Assembly: GCF_964355755.1 (NCBI RefSeq)
Contig: NW_027306098.1
Location: 1 to 64,000 of the forward strand
DNA: 64,000 nt
Reading direction: 5' to 3'
Source of the DNA: Antedon mediterranea
Lineage: Eukaryota > Animalia > Echinodermata
Position numbers and translations under genes: made by a program. The notes below the pieces were generated by a model. That model was given only the letters and a program-made list of their open reading frames with translations, made no database searches and was not told where the DNA came from. Positions 52,101 through 64,000 of this stretch are shown here, one piece after another (the stretch's first letter is position 1; each line of letters opens with the position of its first letter).

Positions 52101-55100
52101 TGTGAAAAGTTTCATCGAAACGCACAAAATTGTCTAAAACGTCTCCAAATACGATATTAAGCTATTGTATGCACTTTGTTGTTTTTGTGTGAAAAGTTTC
52201 ATCGAAATGCTCAAAATGGTCTAAAACGTCTCCAAGTGCGATTTGAAGCTATTTTGTGCACTTTGATGTTTTTTTTGTGAAAAGTTTAATCGAAATGCAC
52301 AAAATGGTCTAAAACGTCTCTAAATGCGATTTGAAGCTATTTTGTGCACATTGATGTTTTTGTGTGAAAAGTTTGATCGAAATGCACTATTTTGTGCACA
52401 TTGATGTTTTTGTGTGAAAAGTTTGATCGAAATGCACAAAATGGTCTAAAACGTCTCCAAATGCGATTTGAAGCTATTTTGTGCACTTTGATGTTTTGTG
52501 TGAAAAGTTTCACCAAAATGCACAAAATGGTCTAAAACGTTTCCAAATGCGATTTGGAGCTCTTTTGTGCACTTTGATGTTTTGTGTAAAAAGTTTGCTA
52601 TTTTGTGCACTTTAATGTTTTGTGTGAAAAGTTTTATCGAAATGCTCAAAATTGTCTAAAACGGTTTCAAATGTGATTTTAAGCACTTTGATATTTTTGT
52701 GTAAAAAAGTTTCATCGAAATGCACAAAATGGTCTAAAACGTATCTAAATGCGATTTGAAGCTATTTTGTGCACTTTGTCGTTTTTGTGTGAAAAGTTTC
52801 ATCGAAATGCTCAAAATGGTCTAAAACGTCTCCAAATGCGATTTGAAGCTATTTTGTGCACTTTGATGTTTTTTTGTGGAAAGTTTCATCGAAATGCACA
52901 AAATGGTCTAAAACGTCTCTAAATGCGATTTGAAGCTATTTTGTGCACTTTGATGTTTTTGTGTGAAAAGTTTCATCGAAATGCACAAAATGGTCTAAAA
53001 CGTCTCTAAATGCGATTTGAAGCTATTTTGTGCACTTTGTCGTTTTTGTGTGAAAAGTTTCATCGAAATGCTCAAAATGGTCTAAAACGTCTCCAAATGC
53101 TATTTGAAGCTATTTTGTGCACTTTGATGTTTTTGTGTGAAAAGTTTCATCGAAATGCACAAAATGGTCTAAAACGGTTTCAAATGTGATTTTAAGCACT
53201 TTGATATTTTTGTGTAATCAAGTTTCATCGAAATGCACAAAATGGTCTAAAACGTCTGCAAATGCGATTTGAAGCTATTTTGTGCACTTTGATGGTTTGT
53301 GTGAAAAGTTTCATCGAAATGCACAAAATGGTCAAAAATGTCTCCAAATGCGATTTGAAGCTATTTTGTGGACTTTGTGGTTTTGTGTGAAAAGTTTTAT
53401 CGAAATGCACAAAATAGTCTAAAACGGTTTCAAATGTGATTTTAAGCACTTTGATATTTTTGTTTAACCAAGTTTCATCGAAATGCACAAAATGGTCTAA
53501 AACGTCTCCAAATGCGATTTGAAGTTATTTTGTGCACTTTGATGTTTTGTGTGAAAAGTTTTATCGAAATGCTCAAAATGGTCTAAAACGGTTTCAAATG
53601 TGATTTTAAGCGCTTTGATATTTTTGTGTAATCAAGTTTTTTCGAAATGCACAACATGGTCTAAAACGTCTCCAAATGCGATTTGAAGCTATATTGTGCA
53701 CTTTGATGTTTTGTGTAATGAAACGCACAAAATGGTCTAAAACGCCTGTTTTCTGTGAAAATTTTCATCGAAATGCAAAAAATTGTCTAAAACGTCTCCA
53801 AATGCGATTTGAAGCTATTTTGTGCACTTTGTTGTTTTGTGTGAAAAGTTTCATCGAAATGCACAAATTGGTCTAAAACCTCTCCAAATACGATATTAAG
53901 CTATTTTGTGCACATTGATGTTTTTGTGTGAAAAGTTTCACCAAAATGCACAAAATGGTCTAAAACGTCTCCAAATCCGTTTTGAAGCTAATCTAAGCAC
54001 TTTGATGTTTTTATGTTAAAAAGTTTTTTCGAAATGCACAAAATGGTCTAAAACGTTTCCAAATACGATTTGAAGCTCTTTTGTGCACTTTGATATTTTG
54101 TGTAATAAGTTTTATAGAAACGCACAAAATGGTCTAAAACGGTTTCAAATGTGATTTTAAGCACTTATATATTTTTGTTTAACCAAGTTTCATCGAAATG
54201 CACAAAATGGTCTAAAACGTCTCCAAATGCGATTTGAAGCTGTTTTTGTGTGAAAAGTTTTTTCGAAATACACAAAATGGTCTAAAACGTGCACTTTTGT
54301 GCACTTTGATGTTTTGTGTCAAAAGTTTTATAGAAATGCTCGAAATGGTCTAAAACGGTTTCAAATGTGATTTTAAGCACTTTGATGTTTTTGTGTAATC
54401 AAGTTTATAGAAATGCTCGAAATGGTCTAAAACATCTTCAAATGTGATTTTAAGCACTTTAATGTTTTGTGTGAAAAGTTTTATCGAAATGCTCAAAATG
54501 GTTTAAAACGGTTTCAAATGTGATTTTAAGCACTTTGATATTTTTGTGTAATCAAGTTTTTTCGAAATGCACAACATGGTCTAAAACGTCTCAAAATACG
54601 ATATTAAGCTATTGTATGCACTTTGATGTTTTTCTGTGAAAAGTTTTTTCGAAATGCACAAAATGGTCTAAAACGTCTCAAAAAGCGATTTGGAGCTCTT
54701 TTGTGCACTTTGATGTTTTGTGTAAAAAGTTTTATAGAAATGCTCGAAATGTTCTACAACGGTTTCAAATGTGATTTTAAGCACTTTGATATTTTTGTTT
54801 AACCAAGGTTCATCGAAATGCACAAAATGGTCTAAAACGTCTGCAAATGCGATTTGAAGCTATTTTGTGCACTTTGATGTTTTGTGTAATCCAGTTTCAT
54901 CGAAATGAACAAAATTGTCTAAAACCTCAAAAATGCGATTTCAAGCTATTTTGTGCACTTTGATGATTTTGTGTGAAAAGTTTTTTCGAAATGCACAAAA
55001 TGGTCTAAAACGTCTCCAAATGCGATTTGGAGCTCTTTTGTGCACTTTGATGTTTTGTGTAAAAAGTTTTATAGAAATGCTCGAAATGGTCTAAAACGTT

Positions 55101-58100
55101 TTCAAATGTGATTTTAAGCACTTTAATGTTTTGTGTGAAAAGTTTTATCGAAATGCTCAAAATGGTCTAAAACGGTTTCAAATGTGATTTTAAGCATTTT
55201 GATATTTTTGTGTAATCAAGTTTTTTTCGAAATGCACAACATGGTCTAAAACGTCTCCAAATGCGATTTGAAGCTATTTTGTGCACTTTGATGTTTTGTG
55301 TAATGAAACGCACAAAATGGTCTAAAACGTCTCCAAATGCGATTTGAAGTTATTTTGTGCACTTTGATGTTTTGTGTGAAAAGTTTTATCGAAATGCTCA
55401 AAATGGTCTAAAACGGTTTCAAATGTGATTTTAAGCACTTTGATATTTTTGTGTAATCAAGTTTTTTCGAAATGCACAACATGGTCTAAAACGTCTCCAA
55501 ATGCGATTTGAAGCTATTTTGTGCACTTTGATGGTTTTGTGTAAAAAGTTTCATCGAAATGCACAAAATGGTCAAAAACGTCCCCAAATGCGATTTGAAG
55601 CTATTTTGTGCACTTTGTTGTTTTGTGTGAAAAGTTTCATCGAAACGCACAAAATGGTCTAAAACAGTTTCAAATGTGATTTTAAGCACTTTGATATTTT
55701 TGTGTAATCAAGTTTTTTCGGAATCCACAAAATGGTCTAAAACGTCTCCAAATGCGATTTGAAGTTATTTTGTGCACTTTGAAGTTTTGTGTAATGAAAC
55801 GCACAAAATGGTCTAAAACGTCTCCAAATGCGATTTGAAGCTATTTGTGCACTTTGTTGTTTTGTGTGAAAAGTTTCATCGAAATGCACAAATTGGTCTA
55901 AAACGTCTCCAAATACGATATTAAGCTATTGTATGCACTTTGTTGTTTTTGTGTGAAAAGTTTTTTCGAATTACACAAAATTGTCTAAAACGGCTCCAAA
56001 TGCGATTTGGAGCTCTTTTGTGCACTTTGATGTTTTGTGTCAAAAGTTTTATAGAAATGCTCGAAATGGTCTAAAACGGTTTCAAATGTGATTTTAAGCA
56101 CTTTCATGTTTTTGTGTAGCCAAGTTTCATCGAAATGCACAAAAAAATCTAAAACGTCTCCAAATGCGATTTAAAGCTATTTTGTGCACTTTAATGTTTT
56201 GTGTGAAAAGTTTTATCGAAATTCTCAAAATGGTCTAAAACGGTTTCAAATGTGATTTTAAGTACTTTGATGTTTTTGTGTAATCAAGTTTCATCGAAAT
56301 GCACAAAATGGTTTAAAACGTCTGCAAATGCGATTTGAAGCTATTTTGTGCACTTTGATGTTTTGTGTAATCCAGTTTCATCGAAATGTACAAAATTGTC
56401 TAAAACCTCTAAAAATGCGATTTGAAGCTATTTTGTGCACTTTGATGTTTTTGTGTGAAAAGTTTCATCGAAATGCACAAAATTGTCTAAAACGTCTCCA
56501 AATACGATATTAAGCTATTGTATGCACTTTGATGTTTTTGAGTGAAAAGTTTTTTCGAAATGCACAAAATGGTCTAAAACGTCTCCAAATGCGATTTGGA
56601 GCTCTTTTGTGCACTTTGATGTTTTGTGTAAAAAGTTTGCTATTTTGTGCACTTTAATGTTTTGTGTGAAAAGTTTTATCGAAATGCTCAAAATTGTCTA
56701 AAACGGTTTCAAATGTGATTTTAAGCACTTTGATATTTTTGTGTAATCAAGTTTTTTCGAAATGCACAACATGATCTAAAACGTCTCCAAATGCGATTTG
56801 AAGCTATTTTGTGCACTTTGATGTTTTTGTGTGAAAAGTTTCATCGAAATGCACAAAATGGTCTAAAACGTCTCTAAATGCGATTTGAAGCTATTTTGTG
56901 CACTTTGTCGTTTTTGTGTGAAAAGTTTCATCGAAATGCTCAAAATGGTCTAAAACGTCTCCAAATGCGATTTGAAGCTATTTTGTGCACTTTGATGTTT
57001 TTTTGTCAAAAGTTTCATCGAAATGCACAAAATGGTCTAAAACGTCTCTAAATGCGATTTGAAGCTATTTTGTGCACTTTGATGTTTTTGTGTGAAAAGT
57101 TTCATCGAAATGCACAAAATGGTCTAAAACGTCTCTAAATGCGATTTGAAGCTATTTTGTGCACTTTGATGTTTTTTTGTGAAAAGTTTCATCGAAATGC
57201 ACAAAATGGTCTAAAACGTCTCTAAATGCGATTTGAAGCTATTTTGTGCACTTTGTCGTTTTTGTGTGAAATGTTTCATCGAAATGCTCAAAATGGTCTA
57301 AAACGTCTCCAAATGCGATTTGAAGCTATTTTGTGCACTTTGATGTTTTTGTGTGAAAAGTTTCATCGAAATGCACAAGATGGTCTAAAACGGTTTCAAA
57401 TGTGATTTTAAGCACTTTGATATTTTTGTGTAATCAAGTTTTTTCGAAATGCACAAAATGGTCTAAAACGTCTCCAAATGCGATTTAAAGCTATTTTGTG
57501 CACTTTAATGTTTTGTGTGAAAAGTTTTATCGAAATTCTCAAAATGGTCTAAAACGGTTTCAAATGTGATTTTAAGCACTTTGATGTTTTTGTGTAATCA
57601 AGTTTCATCGAATTCATCAAATTCGATTTGAAGCTATTTTGTGCACTTTGATGTTTTGTGTAATCCAGTTTCATCGAAATGTAAAAAATTGTCTATAACG
57701 TCTCTAAATGCGATTTGAAACTATTTTGTGGACTTTGTCGTTTTTGTGTGAAAAGTTTCATCGAAATGCTCAAAATGATCTAAAACGTCTCCAAATGCGA
57801 TTTGAAGCTATTTTGTGCACTTTGATGTTTTTGTGTGAAAAGTTTCATCGAAATGCACAAAATGGTCTAAAACGGTTTCAAATGTGATTTTAAGCACTTT
57901 GATATTTTTGTGTAATCAAGTTTTTTCGAAATGCACAAAATGGTCTAAAACGTCTCCAAATGCGATTTGAAGTTATTTTGTGCACTTTGATGTTTTGTGT
58001 GAAAAGTTTCATCGAAATGCTCAAAATGGTCTAAAACGGTTTCAAATGTGATTTTAAGCACTTTGATATTTTTGTGTAATCAAGTTTCATCGAAATGCAC

Positions 58101-61100
58101 AAAATGGTCTAAAACGTCTGCAAATGCGATTTGAAGCTATTTTGTGCACTTTGATGGTTTGTGTGAAAAGTTTCATCGAAATGCACAAAATGGTCAAAAA
58201 TGTCTCCAAATGCGATTTGAAGCTATTTTGTGGACTTTGTGGTTTTGTGTGAAAAGTTTTATCGAAATGCACAAAATAGTCTAAAACGGTTTCAAATGTG
58301 ATTTTAAGCACTTTGATATTTTTGTTTAACCAAGTTTCATCGAAATGCACAAAATGGTCTAAAACGTCTCCAAATGCGATTTGAAGTTATTTTGTGCACT
58401 TTGATGTTTTGTGTGAAAAGTTTTATCGAAATGCTCAAAATGGTCTAAAACGGTTTCAAATGTGATTTTAAGCGCTTTGATATTTTTGTGTAATCAAGTT
58501 TTTTCGAAATGCACAACATGGTCTAAAACGTCTCCAAATGCGATTTGAAGCTATATTGTGCACTTTGATGTTTTGTGTAATGAAACGCACAAAATGGTCT
58601 AAAACGCCTGTTTTCTGTGAAAATTTTCATCGAAATGCAAAAAATTGTCTAAAACGTCTCCAAATGCGATTTGAAGCTATTTTGTGCACTTTGTTGTTTT
58701 GTGTGAAAAGTTTCATCGAAATGCACAAAATTGTCTAAAACGTCTCCAAATACGATTTGAAGCTATTTTGTGCACTTTGATGTTTTTGTGTGAAAAGTTT
58801 TTTCGAAATACACAAAATGGTCTAAAACGTCTCCAAATGCGATTTGAAGCTATTGTGGGCACTTTGATGTTTTTTTCTGAAAAGTTTCATCGAAATGCAC
58901 AAAATGGTCTAAAACGTCTCCAAATGCGATTTAAAGCTATTTTGTGCACTTTAATGTTTTGTGTGAAAAGTTTTATCGAAATTCTCAAAATGGTCTAAAA
59001 CGGTTTCAAATGTGATTTTAAGCACTTTGATGTTTTTGTGTAATCAAGTTTCATCAAAATGCACAAAATGGTTTAAAACGTCTGCAAATGCGATTTGAAC
59101 CTATTTTGTGCACTTTGATGTTTTGTGTAATCCAGTTTCATCGAAATGTACAAAATTGTCTAAAACCTCTCAAAATGCGATTTGAAGCTATTTTGTGCAC
59201 TTTGATGTTTTTGTGTGAAAAGTTTCATCGAAATTCACAAAATTGTCTAAAACGTCTCCAAATACGATATTAAGCTATTGTATGCACTTTGATGTTTTTG
59301 AGTGAAAAGTTTTTTCGAAATGCACAAAATGGTCTAAAACGTCACCAAATGCGATTTGGAGCTCTTTTGTGCACTTTGATGTTTTGTGTAAAAAGTTTGC
59401 TATTTTGTGCACTTTAATGTTTTGTGTAAAAAGTTTTATCGAAATGCTCAAAATTGTCTAAAACGGTTTCAAATGTGATTTTAAGCACTTTGATATTTTT
59501 GTGTAATCAAGTTTTTTCGAAATGCACAACATGGTCTAAAACGTCTCCAAATGCGATTTGAAGCTATTTTGTGCACTTTGATGGTTTTGTGTAAAAAGTT
59601 TCATCGAAATTCACAAAATGGTCAAAAACGTCTCCAAATGCGATTTGAAACTATTTTGTGCACTTTGTTGTTTTGTGTGAAAAGTTTCATCGAAATGCAC
59701 AAAATGGTCTAAAACGGTTTCAAATGTGATTTTAAGCACTTTGATATTTTTGTGTAATCAAGTTTTTTTCGGAATCCACAAAATGGTCTAAAACGTCTCC
59801 AAATGCGATTTGAAGTTATTTTGTGCACTTTGAAGTTTTGTGTAATGAAACGCACAAAATGGTCTAAAACGTCTCCAAATGCGATTTGAAGCTATTTTGT
59901 GCACTTTGTTGTTTTGTGTGAAAAGTTTCATCGAAATGCACAAATTGGTCTAAAACGTCTCCAAATACGATATTAAGCTATTGTATGCACTTTGTTGTTT
60001 TTGTGTAAAAAGTTTTTTCGAATTACACAAAATGGTCTAAAACGTCTCCAAATGCGATTTGGAGCTCTTTTGTGCACTTTGATGTTTTGTGTCAAAAGTT
60101 TTATAGAAATGCTCGAAATGGTCTAAAACGGTTTCAAATGTGATTTTAAGCACTTTGATGTTTTTGTGTAACCAAGTTTCATCGAAATGCACAAAAAAAT
60201 CTAAAACGTCTCCAAATGCGATTTAGAGCTATTTTGTGCACTTTAATGTTTTGTGTGAAAAGTGTTATCGAAATGCACAAAATGGTCTAAAACGGTTTCA
60301 AATGTGATTTGAAGCTATTTTGTGCACTTTGTGGTTTTGTGTGAAAGTTTTATCGAAATGCACAAAATAGTCTAAAACGGCTTCAAATGTGATTTTAAGC
60401 ACATTGATATTTTTGTGTAATCAAGTTTCATCGAAATGCACAAAATGGTCTAAAACGTCTGCAAATGCGATTTGAAGCTATTTTGTGATTTTAAGAACTT
60501 TGATATTTTTGTGTAATCAAGTTTCATCGAAATGCACAAAATTGTCTAAAACGTCTGCAAATGCGATTTGAAGCTATTTGTGCACTTTGATGGTTTTGTG
60601 TAAAAAGTTTCATCGAAATGCACAAAATGGTCAAAAACGTCTCCAAATGCGATTTGAAGCTATTCTGTGCACTTTGTTGTTTTGTGGGAAAAGTTTCATC
60701 GAAATGCACAAAATGGTCTAAAACGGTTTCAAATGTGATTTTAAGCACTTTGATATTTTTGTGTAATCAAGTTTTTTCAAAATGCACAACATGGTCTAAA
60801 ACGTCTCCAAATGCGATTTGAAGCTATTTTGTGCACTTTGTAGTTTTTTGTGAAAAGTTTCATCGAAACGCACAAAATTGTCTAAAACGTCTCCAAATAC
60901 GATATTAAGCTATTGTATGCACTTTGTTGTTTTTGTGTGAAAAGTTTCATCGAAATGCTCAAAATGGTCTAAAACGTCTCCAAGTGCGATTTGAAGCTAT
61001 TTTGTGCACTTTGATGTTTTTTTTGTGAAAAGTTTAATCGAAATGCACAAAATGGTCTAAAACGTCTCTAAATGCGATTTGAAGCTATTTTGTGCACATT

Positions 61101-64000
61101 GATGTTTTTGTGTGAAAAGTTTGATCGAAATGCACTATTTTGTGCACATTGATGTTTTTGTGTGAAAAGTTTGATCGAAATGCACAAAATGGTCTAAAAC
61201 GTCTCCAAATGCGATTTGAAGCTATTTTGTGCACTTTGATGTTTTGTGTGAAAAGTTTCACCAAAATGCACAAAATGGTCTAAAACGTTTCCAAATGCGA
61301 TTTGGAGCTCTTTTGTGCACTTTGATGTTTTGTGTAAAAAGTTTGCTATTTTGTGCACTTTAATGTTTTGTGTGAAAAGTTTTATCGAAATGCTCAAAAT
61401 TGTCTAAAACGGTTTCAAATGTGATTTTAAGCACTTTGATATTTTTGTGTAAAAAAGTTTCATCGAAATGCACAAAATGGTCTAAAACGTATCTAAATGC
61501 GATTTGAAGCTATTTTGTGCACTTTGTCGTTTTTGTGTGAAAAGTTTCATCGAAATGCTCAAAATGGTCTAAAACGTCTCCAAATGCGATTTGAAGCTAT
61601 TTTGTGCACTTTGATGTTTTTTTGTGGAAAGTTTCATCGAAATGCACAAAATGGTCTAAAACGTCTCTAAATGCGATTTGAAGCTATTTTGTGCACTTTG
61701 ATGTTTTTGTGTGAAAAGTTTCATCGAAATGCACAAAATGGTCTAAAACGTCTCTAAATGCGATTTGAAGCTATTTTGTGCACTTTGTCGTTTTTGTGTG
61801 AAAAGTTTCATCGAAATGCTCAAAATGGTCTAAAACGTCTCCAAATGCTATTTGAAGCTATTTTGTGCACTTTGATGTTTTTGTGTGAAAAGTTTCATCG
61901 AAATGCACAAAATGGTCTAAAACGGTTTCAAATGTGATTTTAAGCACTTTGATGTTTTTGTGTAATCAAGTTTTTTCGAAATGCACAAAATGGTCTAAAA
62001 CGTCTCCAAATGCGATTTGAAGTTATTTTGTGCACTTTGATGTTTTGTGTGAAAAGTTTTATCGAAATGCTCAAAATGGTCTAAAACGGTTTCAAATGTG
62101 ATTTTAAGCACTTTGATATTTTTGTGTAATCAAGTTTCATCGAAATGCACAAAATGGTCTAAAACGTCTGCAAATGCGATTTGAAGCTATTGTGTGATTT
62201 TAAGAACTTTGATATTTTTGTGTAATCAAGTTTCATCGAAATGCACAAAATGGTCTAAAACGTCTCCAAATGCGATTTGAAGCTATTTTGTGCACTTTGA
62301 TGGTTTTGTGTGAAAAGTTTCATCGAAATGCACAAAATGGTCAAAAACGTCTCCAAATACGATAATAAGCTTTTGTATGCACATTGATGTTTTTGTGTGA
62401 AAAGTCTCATCGAAATGCACAAAATGGTCTAAAACGTCTCCAAATGCGATTTGAAGCTATTTTGTGCACTTTGATGTTTTGTGTAATGAAACGCACAAAA
62501 TGGTCTAAAACGTCTCCGAATACGATATTAAGCTATTTTATGCACTTTGATGTTTTTGTGTGAAAAGTTTTTTCGAAATGCACAAAATGGTCTAAAACGT
62601 CTCCAAATGCGATTTGGAGCTCTTTTGTGCACTTTGATGTTTTGTGTCAAAAGTTTTATAGAAATGCTCGAAATGTTCTAAAACGGTTTCAAATGTGATT
62701 TTAAGCACTTTCATGTTTTTGTGTAACCAAGTTTCATCGAAATGCACAAAATGGTTTAAAACGTCTGCAAATGCGATTTGAAGCTATTTTGTGCACTTTG
62801 ATGTTTTGTGTAATCCAGTTTCATCGAAATGTACAAAATTGTCTAAAACCTCTCAAAATGCGATTTGAAGCTATTTAGTGCACTTTGATTTTTTTGTGTG
62901 AAAAGTTTCATCGAAATGCACAAAATTGTCTAAAACGTCTCCAAATGCGATTTGGAGCTCTTTTGTGCACTTTGATGTTTTGTGTAAAAAGTTTTATCGA
63001 AATTCTCAAAATGGTCTAAAACGGTTTCAAATGTGATTTTAAGCACTTTGATGTTTTTGTGTAATCAAGTTTCATCGAAATGAACAAAATGGTTTAAAAC
63101 GTCTGCAAATGCGATTTGAACATATTTTGTGCACTTTGATGTTTTGTGTAATCCAGTTTCATCGAAATGTACAAAATTGTCTAAAGCTTCTCAAAATGCG
63201 ATTTGAAGCTATTTTGTGCACTTTGATGTTTTTGTGTGAAAAGTTTCATCGAAATTCTCAAAATTGTCTAAAACGTCTCCAAATACGATATTAAGCTATT
63301 GTATCCACTTTGATGTTTTTGAGTGAAAAGTTTTTTCGAAATGCACAAAATGGTCTAAAACATCTCCAAATGCGATTTGGAGCTCTTTTGTGCACTTTGA
63401 TGTTTTGTGTAAAAAGTTTGCTATTTTGTGCACTTTAATGTTTTGAGTGAAAAGTTTTATCGAAATGCTCAAAATTGTCTAAAACGGTTTCAAATGTGAT
63501 TTTAAGCACTTTGATATTTTTGTGTAATCAAGTTTTTTCGAAATGCACAACATGGTCTAAAACGTCTCCAAATGCGATTTGAAGCTATTTTGTGCACTTT
63601 GATGTTTTGTGTAATGAAACGCACAAAATGGTCTAAAACGTCTCCGAATACGATATTAAGCTATTTTATGCACTTTGATGTTTTTGTGTGAAAAGTTTTT
63701 TCGAAATGCACAAAATGGTCTAAAACGTCTCCAAATGCGATTTGGAGCTCTTTTGTGCACTTTGATGTTTTGTGTAAAAAGTTTTATAGAAATGCTCGAA
63801 ATGGTCTAAAACGTCTACAAATGTGATTTTAAGCACTTTAATGTTTTGTGTGAAAAGTTTTATCGAAATGCTCAAAATGGTCTAAAACGGTTTCAAATGT
63901 GATTTTAAGCACTTTGATGTTTTTGTGTAATCAAGTTTCATCGAAATGCACAAAATGGTTTAAAACGTCTGCAAATGCGATTTGATGCTATTTTGTGCAC
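16134..64000 (-). repeat. ~87-bp satellite array in inverted orientation (~48 kb) with higher-order duplications
   Basis: Reverse-complement monomer AAATGCGATTTGAAGCTATTTTGTGCACTTTGATGTTTTTGTGTGAAAAGTTTCATCGAAATGCACAAAATGGTCTAAAACGTCTCC; a 29-codon period in the ORF track equals 87 bp. Confidence 0.98.
40950..61970. repeat. Near-identical multi-kb segmental duplications within the satellite
   Basis: Rare marker GAATTCATCAAATTCG at 44740, 48861 and 57610 (offsets 4121, 8749); identical ORF-track peptides recur at offsets 4121, 8008, 8748/8749 and 12870. Confidence 0.9.

Noticed and set aside
16549-63294. Dozens of MRFEAILCTLMFLCEKFHRNAQNGLKRLQ-type ORFs as a repeat-protein family
   Set aside because: The 87-bp monomer is a multiple of 3 and has a stop-free frame; 86-bp variants and CTCTAA stops break it at random, and ORFs appear on both strands.
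28291-63430. Recurrent AAAAGTTTGCTATTTTG and similar odd junctions as inserted elements
   Set aside because: They are internally deleted or chimeric monomers spread by duplication and contain no foreign sequence.
1-64000. CRISPR-like array, suggested by palindromic repeats
   Set aside because: No unique spacers and no cas genes; the whole unit repeats, in a eukaryotic retroelement context.

Overview
Eukaryotic, probably (peri)centromeric, heterochromatin. About 53 kb of the window is one AT-rich tandem satellite with an ~87-bp monomer (86-bp and ~75-bp variants), multi-kb recent duplications and a palindromic strand switch at ~16,134. Inserted in it is a full-length Ty3/Gypsy LTR retrotransposon on the minus strand (4622-15583; 586-bp LTRs with 5 mismatches by eye, TTGA target-site duplication, PBS, PPT) whose pol carries four frameshifts. 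A 5'-truncated CR1/L2-group LINE (~11090-13723) sits inside its gag, co-oriented and exactly in frame. The only intact long ORF is therefore a 1003-aa chimera of LTR Gag capsid region (aa 1-179) and non-LTR endonuclease/RT (aa 180-1003), downstream of the LTR promoter and ending in an intact LINE 3' hairpin and (TAAA)n tail. The short ORFs in the satellite are artefacts. All comparisons were made by eye; no database searches were run.
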